Assembly (NCBI GenBank): GCA_046757025.1
Contig: JBHHXN010000023.1
Coordinates: 1-47,208, forward strand
DNA: 47,208 bases
Direction of reading: 5' to 3'
Origin: a bacterium
Lineage (GTDB): Bacteria; Zhuqueibacterota; Zhuqueibacteria; Oceanimicrobiales; Oceanimicrobiaceae
A program made the position numbers and the translations under genes. This document shows positions 38,523 through 47,208 of this stretch, piece after piece (position 1 is the first letter of the stretch; each line of letters begins with the position of its first letter). Below the pieces are notes generated by a model. That model was not told where the DNA came from. It did not search any database and saw only the letters and a list, made by a program, of their open reading frames with translations.

Positions 38523-39896
38523 CTATCGCTCATTGTACCGCACCACATATTCCAGCACCACCTCGGCATCTTTCGCTATTTTGATCTCGAATTCTAAGGT
38601 AAAGGCATCGCGCTTTTTAAAAGGGTGCGTTTTGCGCAAAATTTCCCAGTTCAGATTTAAGTGCTCAATTACGGTGACGGTTACTTCGGTTTCTTTGTGA
38701 TTGCGCAATTTGATTTCGATGATTTCTTGCCAGCTCTTTTTATCAACCGTTCGGCGGTCTTTCACCGTTCTTTGCCCCACCACATCAAACGCGTTTCCCA
38801 CAAACACTCGCACTTTTTCGTTTTTGGGCGTGTGATCGATAAAATCTTCACCGATGAAAATCAGCGCGCCATCATCGTCTTTTTTATAAACCCGCACCTT
38901 GCCTTTAGGCAGCGGTAAACCCAGATCAAATTCTTTTTTATTTTCAAATTCTAAATTCACCCGCACTTTTTTGTTATCTCTGGCGCCGTCATAGGAATAT
39001 CTTTTCTGCACCGCAACATGGGTGGAAGGAAACAAAGAAATTTGCTTAATCTGATTGTTGGCCACAGTGGCTGGACGCTGCAGGGTGTAAAGATGGTATT
39101 CAAAAAAGGCTTTTTCTTTGAATTGATCCGGCGCAGCCATGCTTTTCACCAGCATTTCCTGCGGCCGGCCGTATGGCCGATATTCCCTGCGCGCCCGGTG
39201 CACATCGCCGGCCACCAGCTTTAATCGGGCCTTTTTATACGTCGCCCCCGATTTGTTGTCGATGGAAACCCAGCCGCCTAATTCCAGCATGGAATCATCC
39301 TGATTGGCCACGCCCACGTACTCCGCATGCCACTGAATCCCTGAAGTCAGATAGCCCACTTCAATTTGGTGAGTGCGCGATTCCTGACTATCGAGCGACC
39401 AGACCAGCGTGGGCCGGGTGATCAATCCATCGGGCAGTTCCGGGAAATCCATATCCTCCACTACCCCCATGCTCACGATTTTTATGTTGCCCCCTGCTTG
39501 CTGCAAAATAATGTCCTTGCCCGACGCGTTTAGAAGCTTTCCTGCATAGCTGCGGCCACCTTTGCCAGTAAGCTTAATTTGCTGGTCGATATACTTCTGC
39601 AAAATTTTAGTTGAACTGACCAGGTCGTACTCGTAATTTTGTTCGAGTATGGCTACTTTATCGGCCGCCGTAAGCGATTTAAAATAGACCGAGGTGGGGT
39701 CGATACGCGCCGCAACATCTTGAAATTTATACTCAAACACCCCCTTCTGCAGTTTCAGCGATCGAACGTCTTTTACCAGCGCCAGGTTGTCATTGTAAAC
39801 CGTAAGCGCCACTTCACTGTTCTGAGTATAACCCGAAGCAATCCCAAAAAACAAAACCCCCACAATAAACAATTTGACCTGCTGCGTTTTTTTCAT
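38523..39896 (-). CDS. DUF4139 domain exported protein
   Basis: Signal peptide; LTVYNDNLALVKD.R, EQNYEYDL, LITRPTLVW, YHLYTL and LPLPKGKVRVY motifs. Confidence 0.8.
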   Translation of the reverse strand: MKKTQQVKLFIVGVLFFGIASGYTQNSEVALTVYNDNLALVKDVRSLKLQKGVFEYKFQDVAARIDPTSVYFKSLTAADKVAILEQNYEYDLVSSTKILQKYIDQQIKLTGKGGRSYAGKLLNASGKDIILQQAGGNIKIVSMGVVEDMDFPELPDGLITRPTLVWSLDSQESRTHQIEVGYLTSGIQWHAEYVGVANQDDSMLELGGWVSIDNKSGATYKKARLKLVAGDVHRARREYRPYGRPQEMLVKSMAAPDQFKEKAFFEYHLYTLQRPATVANNQIKQISLFPSTHVAVQKRYSYDGARDNKKVRVNLEFENKKEFDLGLPLPKGKVRVYKKDDDGALIFIGEDFIDHTPKNEKVRVFVGNAFDVVGQRTVKDRRTVDKKSWQEIIEIKLRNHKETEVTVTVIEHLNLNWEILRKTHPFKKRDAFTLEFEIKIAKDAEVVLEYVVRYNER

Positions 39897-39969
39897 TTGA
39901 AATGCCTCAGCCCGTTTTAAGACCGCACTGCGAAACCCGAAATGCCTTTTGCGTCAGCCTTTCGGCGAA

Positions 39970-42651
39970 TTAAGAAGCAAAACTTTGCAGGTTTGCTTTA
40001 AGTCTTTCGAGATTTGATTCAAAATCCGCTTTCTTCTTTTTTTCTAAATCGATGATATTTTCCGGTGCTTTGGTCAGAAAGTCTGGGCTTTGAAGTTTGT
40101 TGTTGAGATTTTCCAACCGTGTTTCGAGCCGGTTGATCTCTTTCTCCAGTCGCGCTTTTTCTACCTCAAAGTCGATGAGCCCTTCCAACGGCAGATAAAT
40201 TTCCAGATCGCTGATCACCGCGCTGGCGGCGTTTTTGGGTTTCTCCGATTTGGAATGATACTCAAAAAAATCCACTTTCGCTAAGTGTTCGAAATAGGCT
40301 TCATGAGATTTGACCAGCTCCATATTTGAGCCGTTCTGGCAGTTGACGATGAGTCGGGCGGTTTTATTGGGCGCCACATTCATCTCCCCGCGAATATTTC
40401 TAACCGCTCCGATGACTTTTTGAATCATCTCCATTTCCTTTTCAGCTTTTTCGTCGATTAGCTGTCGGCTTTCCGTGGGCCATTTTGCAATCATAATGCT
40501 TTCCGCATCCTTGCCGTTGCGAATCTTCAGCCAGATTTCCTCGGTAATAAACGGAATGATGGGATGCAGCATTTTCAGGATATTTTTCAATACCAGCACC
40601 GCCACGGCCATTGCGGTGGTCTTGGCTTCCGGGCTTTTATCCGCCTGATATAATCTCGGTTTGATCAATTCCAGATACCAGTCACAAAATTCCCGCCAGA
40701 AAAAACTGTAGATGACGTCGGTGGCTTCGTGAAACTTAAAATTCTCCAACCCCCGGCTGACTTTGATGATGGTTTTTTGCAGACGGCTGAGTATCCAGCG
40801 ATCCGCCAAATCCAGTTTTTTCGCTTTTAACGTCCGCAGCACAAAATCCAGATTGCCGTTTGCCAGCGCGGTTTCGTCTAAATTCATCCACAGAAAGCGA
40901 AATGAATTCCACACTTTGTTGGAAAAATTGCGTCCAAGTTCAAAGTCGTTTTCGGCTAAATTGATATCCTGACCTTCGGAAGAAAGCATGAGCAAAGAAA
41001 ACCGCACCGCATCCGCGCTGTATTTCTGCACCATTTCCAGCGGATCGATGCCGTTACCACGGGATTTGCTCATCTTAACGCCCTGAGCGTCGCGAATGAT
41101 GCCGTTAAAATAGACCGAATGAAAGGGCACTTCGCCCATGAATTCCAGTCCCATCATCACCATGCGCGCCACCCAGAAAAAGATGATATCGGGACCGGTC
41201 ACCAGGGTATCGGTGGGATAAAAGTATTTCAGCTCTTTGGTTTCTTTAGGCCAGCCCAGAGTGGCAAACGGCCAGAGCTGCGACGAAAACCAGGTGTCCA
41301 AAACATCGGGATCCTGGCGGAATTTTTGATTTTTGCACTTTTTACAGATTCTGGGAGATCGAATGGAGGCTACGATTTCATTACACGATTCGCAATAATA
41401 AATGGGAATCCGATGCCCCCACCAGATTTGCCGACTGATGCACCAGTCGTGGATGTTTTCCAGCCAGTTGATGAACACTTTATTCCAGCGCGCCGGATGC
41501 AGTTTCACTTTGCCGTCTTTCACCGCTTGCAGGGCCGGTTCGGCTAACGGCTTCATTTTCACAAACCACTGCTCCGACAACAGCGGCTCGATGACCGTGT
41601 GACATCGATAGCAATGCCCAACTGAATGGTGGTGCTCTTCAATTTTTTCGATAAAACCGCCAGTTTTCAAATCCTGCAACAAATGTTTACGGGCTTTCAG
41701 CCGATCCATATTGGCATAATTTCCCGCCTGTTCATTCATGGTGGCATCTTCGTTCATCACAATCAACGGCTCGAGCCCGTGCCGCCGGCCAATGTCAAAG
41801 TCGTTGGGATCGTGAGCGGGCGTGACCTTTACCGCGCCGGTGCCGAATTCCATATCCACAGCCGCATCCGCCACAATCGCCAGCTCCCGCCCGACGATGG
41901 GCAAAGTCGCACTTTTCCCGATGAAATCTATGTAGCGTTTATCTTTGGGATGGACAGCCACTGCCATATCTCCCAGCATGGTCTCCGGTCGGGTGGTGGC
42001 TACCGTTATCGAGCGGTTGGTGCCGGTGATGGGGTACTGAACATACCAGAGATGACCTTCGTGGTCCTGATACTCGACTTCTTCCTCGGAGAGTGCCGTC
42101 TGGCAGCGCGGGCACCAGTTGATGATGTACTTGCCGCGATAGATCAGGCCTTTCTTGTACAACCGCACAAACACTTCCAGCACCGCCCGCGACAAACCGG
42201 CATCCATGGTGAAACGCTCCCGTTCCCAGTCGCAGGAAAATCCCATTTTTTTCAACTGCGCGATGATGGCGCCGCCGCGTTCCTTACGCCACTGCCACAC
42301 CAGCTCGATAAACTTTTCGCGCCCTAATTCATGTCGGGTTTTCTTATCCTGATTCCAGATGAATCTCTCGACCACGTTTTGCGTGGCGATTCCTGCGTGA
42401 TCCGTGCCCGGAAACCATAGCGCCTCCTTTTCCTGCATGCGCTGGAATCGAATGATTATGTCCTGAAAGGTGTTGTTGTAAGCGTGCCCCATGTGCAGAA
42501 TATCTGTAACGTTTGGCGGCGGAATGACGATGGTGTAAGGCTTTTTTTCAGGGTTCACATTCGCATGAAAATAGTTCTTCTCCAACCAGAATTGATACAG
42601 GCGGTTTTCCACATCCCGCGGTTCATAAACTTTGGGAATTTCTTGCTCCAT
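39970..42651 (-). CDS. valS: Valine--tRNA ligase
   Basis: PPPNVT..LHMGH, ATTRPET, WCISRQIWWGH, DVLDTWFSS and KMSKS motifs; C-terminal coiled coil. Confidence 0.98.
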   Translation of the reverse strand: MEQEIPKVYEPRDVENRLYQFWLEKNYFHANVNPEKKPYTIVIPPPNVTDILHMGHAYNNTFQDIIIRFQRMQEKEALWFPGTDHAGIATQNVVERFIWNQDKKTRHELGREKFIELVWQWRKERGGAIIAQLKKMGFSCDWERERFTMDAGLSRAVLEVFVRLYKKGLIYRGKYIINWCPRCQTALSEEEVEYQDHEGHLWYVQYPITGTNRSITVATTRPETMLGDMAVAVHPKDKRYIDFIGKSATLPIVGRELAIVADAAVDMEFGTGAVKVTPAHDPNDFDIGRRHGLEPLIVMNEDATMNEQAGNYANMDRLKARKHLLQDLKTGGFIEKIEEHHHSVGHCYRCHTVIEPLLSEQWFVKMKPLAEPALQAVKDGKVKLHPARWNKVFINWLENIHDWCISRQIWWGHRIPIYYCESCNEIVASIRSPRICKKCKNQKFRQDPDVLDTWFSSQLWPFATLGWPKETKELKYFYPTDTLVTGPDIIFFWVARMVMMGLEFMGEVPFHSVYFNGIIRDAQGVKMSKSRGNGIDPLEMVQKYSADAVRFSLLMLSSEGQDINLAENDFELGRNFSNKVWNSFRFLWMNLDETALANGNLDFVLRTLKAKKLDLADRWILSRLQKTIIKVSRGLENFKFHEATDVIYSFFWREFCDWYLELIKPRLYQADKSPEAKTTAMAVAVLVLKNILKMLHPIIPFITEEIWLKIRNGKDAESIMIAKWPTESRQLIDEKAEKEMEMIQKVIGAVRNIRGEMNVAPNKTARLIVNCQNGSNMELVKSHEAYFEHLAKVDFFEYHSKSEKPKNAASAVISDLEIYLPLEGLIDFEVEKARLEKEINRLETRLENLNNKLQSPDFLTKAPENIIDLEKKKKADFESNLERLKANLQSFAS

Positions 42652-42697
42652 TCAGTCCTCAGAATTGATTCACATAATTTCTTAAAATTAAGGTGAA

Positions 42698-42726
42698 AAT
42701 ATACGAAACTTGGCCGTGAATGTCAA
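42698..42726 (-). promoter_or_regulatory. sigma70 promoter of valS
   Basis: TTGACA-N17-TATATT, about 45 nt upstream of the ATG. Confidence 0.75.
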
Positions 42727-43143
42727 TGTTAAACGATTTGTTCTCGAAAATCGTTGACACGGTTGAAAGCGGGAGTTTCGACATTGATTTTGTTTATGCT
42801 GCGGTGTTTAAAACAGACTTCTATGCAGAGATTGAAGTCAATGGAAAGCACTCAGCAGGAGATTGGTAAGCCGGGTTAGGGTATAGGGGTGTGGCGGCAT
42901 TGAAACGGAATTAAAAGTCGGAATATTCACTAAAAATAAAATGTGTCACGTCACCATTTTTATTTTGGAAAATTTGTCACGATTCAACTGCTTTGCTTAT
43001 GGCAAAAATAAAATCAAGGCAAAATCATTTTGCTCTCAGAACTGAATAGTATCGTTTACTGAAAAAATGCTTCAGGCGAGATAATTCGAGGCTGTCCATG
43101 AAAGAACCCTTGATTGTGGCGCATGAAAATCTCAACGAGAATT

Positions 43144-44034
43144 TTACTCCAAATATTTCTCCCCACCGGCTTTATTCAGCTTCCAGTACTCCAACTTTTT
43201 GGTCTGACGCAGAGTAAATTCGCTGCCATCAAAAGTACGCCATTTGATAACGCGGTTGGGGAATTTAGCTTCGATCCAGAATTTATCCTGACCCTGGCCG
43301 TGCTTGACCACCAGCGCGTAAGTTTGAATATCTCCCATGGGCGTCTTTAGCGTTTCTTTTTCACCGATTTCAATTTTGGCAAGAGACAGTTCGGGTTTGC
43401 GCGCATTGTTTGTAATTTGTTTGGATAACAACTTCAGGTCGAGACTTTTGCCAGTCTGAAACTTCAGCGCTCTCAGCTGCACCGGCAAACCGTCGTACAA
43501 AACCAGGTCTTTTTCATCGGGCAGAGGATAGCTGCCGCTGCCGGTGCCATCGAAATACGAATTGTAATTCAGTACGTGGGTGTCCTCGAAATGGACGATT
43601 TCTTTGAAGGTGTTGCCGCACCACTCGTTGCTGGTGAGGGTCATTTTATAGACGTGCGCGTCCTCTTGCTTGAAGAAAATCGACGCCATCTGGTGATAAG
43701 TGTAAATACCGGTCTGAAAATTCAACACAAAATTGAACTTCAGCACGGGCATGGCGTCGGGGGCGCGCCAGTCATCGGCTTTCACTTTCTGGTCGGTGCG
43801 ATGCCTTTCCGCCACCACGATTTGATAGATTTCTTGGGTTTCCCGTGGCTGGCCGTAGCGCATGATGGTGGCGTCGTAGAAATTAATCTCGGCTTTGCCG
43901 TCAAACCAGTACGGATTTTTCATCCAGTCGTAATCGATGTTTTCGAAAAAAGATTGGCCGTCGTCCGTCCACGCCGACTGCGAAATGATCAGGGCGCTTA
44001 AAAGTAATCCAAACGTGAGGATTGGGTTTTTCAC
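43144..44034 (-). CDS. Exported hypothetical protein
   Basis: GTG at 44034 after GGAGG; signal peptide; W.DGKAE, TGIY.Y..M.S.F and EWCG.TF motifs. Function unknown. Confidence 0.75.
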   Translation of the reverse strand: MKNPILTFGLLLSALIISQSAWTDDGQSFFENIDYDWMKNPYWFDGKAEINFYDATIMRYGQPRETQEIYQIVVAERHRTDQKVKADDWRAPDAMPVLKFNFVLNFQTGIYTYHQMASIFFKQEDAHVYKMTLTSNEWCGNTFKEIVHFEDTHVLNYNSYFDGTGSGSYPLPDEKDLVLYDGLPVQLRALKFQTGKSLDLKLLSKQITNNARKPELSLAKIEIGEKETLKTPMGDIQTYALVVKHGQGQDKFWIEAKFPNRVIKWRTFDGSEFTLRQTKKLEYWKLNKAGGEKYLE

Positions 44035-44133
44035 AGGTTCCTCCGGGTAAATGGAAATATTGATCAAAATCAAGAACTTAATAATTACAACTCAAATTCA
44101 ATTAATATTATTTCCTAAGTTGGTTTTTCGATA

Positions 44134-46344
44134 TTACGGTTCCACCCATTTCTCATGTGCCTTAATCAACTCAATCAACTTTTCGTCAGCAACTTCCTCT
44201 GCAATATTCCGCTTGACGCACTCCTTGCCCACAAACAGGTTGACTTTCTGCGGGCCGGCGCCGACGTAGCCAAAGTCCGCATCCGCCATCTCTCCCGGTC
44301 CGTTGACGATGCAGCCCATGATGGCAATTTTAACGCCTTTCAAGTGGCCAGTTTTAGATTTGATGCGCTCGGTTGTGGTTTGGAGGTCAAAGAGCGTTCG
44401 TCCGCAGGAAGGACAGGAGATGAATTCGGTTTTTGAAATGCGGGCTCGAGCCGCCTGTAAAATATTGTAACTCAACCGCAGCAGATCGTCTGCTGGTAAA
44501 TTTGCCTGAATGTGGATGGCATCGCCGATGCCGTCGCATAATAGCACGCCGAGCTGAGTGGAGGCATCCAACAAAATGTGGTCAAAATCGGCGTCAGATG
44601 TGTAACGCAAAAGAATGGGGAAAGGGGCGCCGAGTGCATCCAGGCGGCCGGCTAAAAAACGATAATGCGCAATCAGAGACGGTTGGGAAAACGAGTTATC
44701 TAATGAAAAAAGCAGGTTCCAGAAATCGGCTTTTTCACAAACCAACAACGCTTTTTCCATGGAGCCACTCAAGAAATGAAATTTTGAATCAGCCTCGTTC
44801 GCAGATGAAATTTTCCATTCGACGGCCCGGCCAAACATGCCAGCGGCCCGTAGCAATTGTTGCAGCTCCTGCTCAACTGAGTTGGGCTGGACGGCATAAA
44901 CCAGACGGTCGGCGCTCGCAGCGATTTTCAACACCGCCTCCATCTGCTGGGTGACTTCCACTGCAAAGGGCACATAAATTTCCCTGCGGTGTAATTCCGC
45001 GTGCAACACCTCAAAGCCGCGCAAATCTTCATTGGTCTGCAGTTGAACATGGACGGTTTCGCACTTGAAATCCGTGCGATTCGGGCCAGGCGAAATAACG
45101 TTCAACTGGCCGTTCCCAACAGACCCCAGCATTTCAATTACTTTTTTAACCGTGGAATCGATATTTGAAAAAGGCTCGGATAGAGACAATTCCACCCGCG
45201 ATAGCTGCCCGTTGCCCAATTGGTGGAAAACCAGTTCGCATGACAAAGTATCTCTGCGCTGCGAAGCAAACGGATCCGGCAGTTTGAGCGCGAATCCATT
45301 AGATTCAGAAGGGGTGCCCCAGAATTCCCTTAAAGCATTGGGCTTCCAACTGAGCGGAGTCGAAGCACGCATGTTTTCCTGCAAATTACGCACCCCTTCG
45401 ACTCCACTCAGGGTGAAAAATTGCAGCTTTTCGGACTGCGGTGATGAGCGGCTCAGCTCGTTATATTTTTGTGCGATTTGAAATGCCACGGGCACTTCCG
45501 CCACCGCGTCCTCGGTCAATGAGACGCGAATGGTATCGCCAATGCCGTCTTCAAGCAGCGCACCAATTCCGATGGCGGATTTGATTCGGCCCTCTTCGCC
45601 GTCGCCGGCTTCGGTGACGCCCAGATGAAACGGGTAGTCCATGCCAAGCTCAAGCATGCGCGCCGCCAGCAGCCGGTAGGCCTGAATAGCTACCTGGGGG
45701 TTGGAAGATTTCATAGATAGCACGATGTCGTGAAAGTCGTATTTCTGGCAGATGCGCACAAATTCCAGAGCCGATTCCACCATGCCGGCCGGAGTGTCGC
45801 CGTAGCGGTTCATGATGCGGTCCGAAAGCGAGCCGTGGTTGGTGCCGATGCGCAGGGCGCGTCCTAACTTTTTGCACTTCAGCACCAGCGGCTTGAACTT
45901 CTCTTCGATGCGCCGCAGCTCCGCCTGGTATTCCTCGTCGGTGTATTCGCGCTGCTCGAATTTCTTTTTATCGGCATAATTGCCGGGATTGATGCGCACC
46001 TTTTCCACGTACTCGGCTGCCACCAGCGCCGCGTTGGGCGTGAAATGAATATCCGCCACCAGCGGCACCTTGACGCCGTAGCGGTTAAGTTCGGCCTTGA
46101 TGTTTTTTAGATTTTCAGCTTCTTTCAGGGATGGAGCCGTCACCCGCACGACTTCACACCCGACCTCGGCCAGCTGCTGAATCTCCCGCACCGTGGCTTC
46201 GGTATCCAGCGTGTCCGCAATCGTCATCGATTGCACACGAATGGGATGGTCGCCGCCGATTCCCACCTCACCCACGTAAACCACGCGGGTTGGTCGGCGG
46301 CGGTAGCTTAAGAGATTTTCGCAATACTTATGCGAATGATTCAT
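44134..46344 (-). CDS. ispG: HMBPP synthase IspG, long three-domain type
   Basis: IRVQSMT, PLVADIHF, RINPGN, RIGTNHGSLS, HLGVTEAG, GIGDTIRVSLT, SCPSCGRT and MGCIVNGPGE motifs. Confidence 0.97.
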   Translation of the reverse strand: MNHSHKYCENLLSYRRRPTRVVYVGEVGIGGDHPIRVQSMTIADTLDTEATVREIQQLAEVGCEVVRVTAPSLKEAENLKNIKAELNRYGVKVPLVADIHFTPNAALVAAEYVEKVRINPGNYADKKKFEQREYTDEEYQAELRRIEEKFKPLVLKCKKLGRALRIGTNHGSLSDRIMNRYGDTPAGMVESALEFVRICQKYDFHDIVLSMKSSNPQVAIQAYRLLAARMLELGMDYPFHLGVTEAGDGEEGRIKSAIGIGALLEDGIGDTIRVSLTEDAVAEVPVAFQIAQKYNELSRSSPQSEKLQFFTLSGVEGVRNLQENMRASTPLSWKPNALREFWGTPSESNGFALKLPDPFASQRRDTLSCELVFHQLGNGQLSRVELSLSEPFSNIDSTVKKVIEMLGSVGNGQLNVISPGPNRTDFKCETVHVQLQTNEDLRGFEVLHAELHRREIYVPFAVEVTQQMEAVLKIAASADRLVYAVQPNSVEQELQQLLRAAGMFGRAVEWKISSANEADSKFHFLSGSMEKALLVCEKADFWNLLFSLDNSFSQPSLIAHYRFLAGRLDALGAPFPILLRYTSDADFDHILLDASTQLGVLLCDGIGDAIHIQANLPADDLLRLSYNILQAARARISKTEFISCPSCGRTLFDLQTTTERIKSKTGHLKGVKIAIMGCIVNGPGEMADADFGYVGAGPQKVNLFVGKECVKRNIAEEVADEKLIELIKAHEKWVEP
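45350..45411. repeat. Inverted pair of REP-like palindromes inside the ispG coding sequence
   Basis: ctgagcggagtcgaagca (45350-45367) is the exact reverse complement of positions 3-20; its partner cttcgactccactcag is at 45396-45411. Confidence 0.85.
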
Positions 46345-46512
46345 TTATTCCTTTTTACTCTCTTCATTACTTCTATCATCATTTTTAGAAGGAACACCTG
46401 AACCTCCTTTGGGTGGATTTGAAGCGTCCAATTTACCTTTTGTTGGTTGATATCCCTCCCGCAAATCTCTAATAATTAGTTTATTCTTTGATTTATTATT
46501 ATCTATGGACAT
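46345..46512 (-). CDS. 55-aa hydrophilic peptide with GYQP...NPPKGGSG motif
   Basis: ATG at 46512 after a GGAGA SD, 16 nt past the DUF6338-like stop; its TAA abuts the ispG ATG. Confidence 0.6.
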   Translation of the reverse strand: MSIDNNKSKNKLIIRDLREGYQPTKGKLDASNPPKGGSGVPSKNDDRSNEESKKE

Positions 46513-46528
46513 GTATAAATCTCCATTT

Positions 46529-47113
46529 TTATTTAAACAATTCGATTGATGAAATTTCGTTCGATAGTACAATTATCCCTGCCGATCTATCAATGGGTTC
46601 AATAAATTTGCCTTTTTGGTCTAATTCCCAAACTTCTTCTAAATATAACTGTTCCTCGGCTGGAAAGGACGATGCGAAGGATTCTTTGTCAAACTTTCCA
46701 CCAATTTTCCTTCCATCTTTAAGATGCACTATCATCCAATAAAGTTCTCCTTTTCCAAACAGATAATCCCAGGGCTTTTTTATCGGATGAATTATATATT
46801 TTGCCAGTGGCTCCCAACTCCATAATCGAATGAATAAAACAGGCCATAGAGAAGGGAAAACTAACATTATCATCACTAATAGTATAAAAAACCATATCTT
46901 GTGTCCGAAGTAAAGATTTTCAAAATATAACCAGATAATTAGCCAAGAAAATACTGCATAATTCAAAGCACTATAGCCTATGACTTCAAACAACGATTTT
47001 GTGAAATCTCTTTGTTCTCCTGGTATAAACAAATCATAAATTTTAATAGAAACAAATCCAGGAATAAAAAACATTAAAAACAAAATTAATTTGTCAGTTT
47101 CCCAAATATTCAA
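46529..47113 (-). CDS. DUF6338-like membrane protein
   Basis: F.IPGF, three TM helices, P..WDY.F, V.LKDG..IGG, SFASS.P..EQLYLEE.W; TTG start after GGGAGG; AT-rich. Confidence 0.75.
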   Translation of the reverse strand: MNIWETDKLILFLMFFIPGFVSIKIYDLFIPGEQRDFTKSLFEVIGYSALNYAVFSWLIIWLYFENLYFGHKIWFFILLVMIMLVFPSLWPVLFIRLWSWEPLAKYIIHPIKKPWDYLFGKGELYWMIVHLKDGRKIGGKFDKESFASSFPAEEQLYLEEVWELDQKGKFIEPIDRSAGIIVLSNEISSIELFK

Positions 47114-47208
47114 TTTATCAACCTCCCTGCTACCGGAAATTGTTTAATCAATAAATAACTCAAGTTTCGCAGTTGTGTAATCAATGGTTTTTAAGGTATT
47201 TTTCTTAA

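Overview
Bacterial chromosomal segment, mostly housekeeping. Gene content and synteny suggest the FCB superphylum (KSB1/Calditrichota-like); this is an inference. Every confidently called gene lies on the minus strand. Core genes: rpiB, pcm, HDAC, amidase, moeA, lapB/lapA, rpsA, cmk, rluB, scpB/scpA, Trm112-like, accA, several glycosyltransferases, rfbD, a PfkB kinase, an NCS2 permease, purE, a DUF2723 GT-C, recG, valS and ispG. Signals not visible in the ORF track: (1) the arsenite methyltransferase extends upstream through an in-frame TGA in a Cys-TGA motif followed by a SECIS-like hairpin, so it is a probable selenoprotein; (2) several MITE-like elements with different terminal inverted repeats share 6-bp TANNTA-type flanking duplications and carry REP-like palindromes; (3) one such palindrome pair sits in frame inside ispG; (4) a Cys-tailed ECF sigma/DUF2892/CMD module has a candidate cognate promoter embedded in an SD-occluding hairpin; (5) a degenerate solitary attC-like site; (6) an AT-rich DUF6338-like gene plus micro-peptide pair abutting ispG; (7) RpiB carries an EutQ-like N-terminal domain; (8) a GT2 is fused to an apparently inactive phosphoglycosyltransferase domain; (9) a frameshifted DUF1232 pseudogene. 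No rRNA, tRNA, CRISPR array, transposase or integrase was recognised. All family assignments come from motif recognition by eye, not from database searches.
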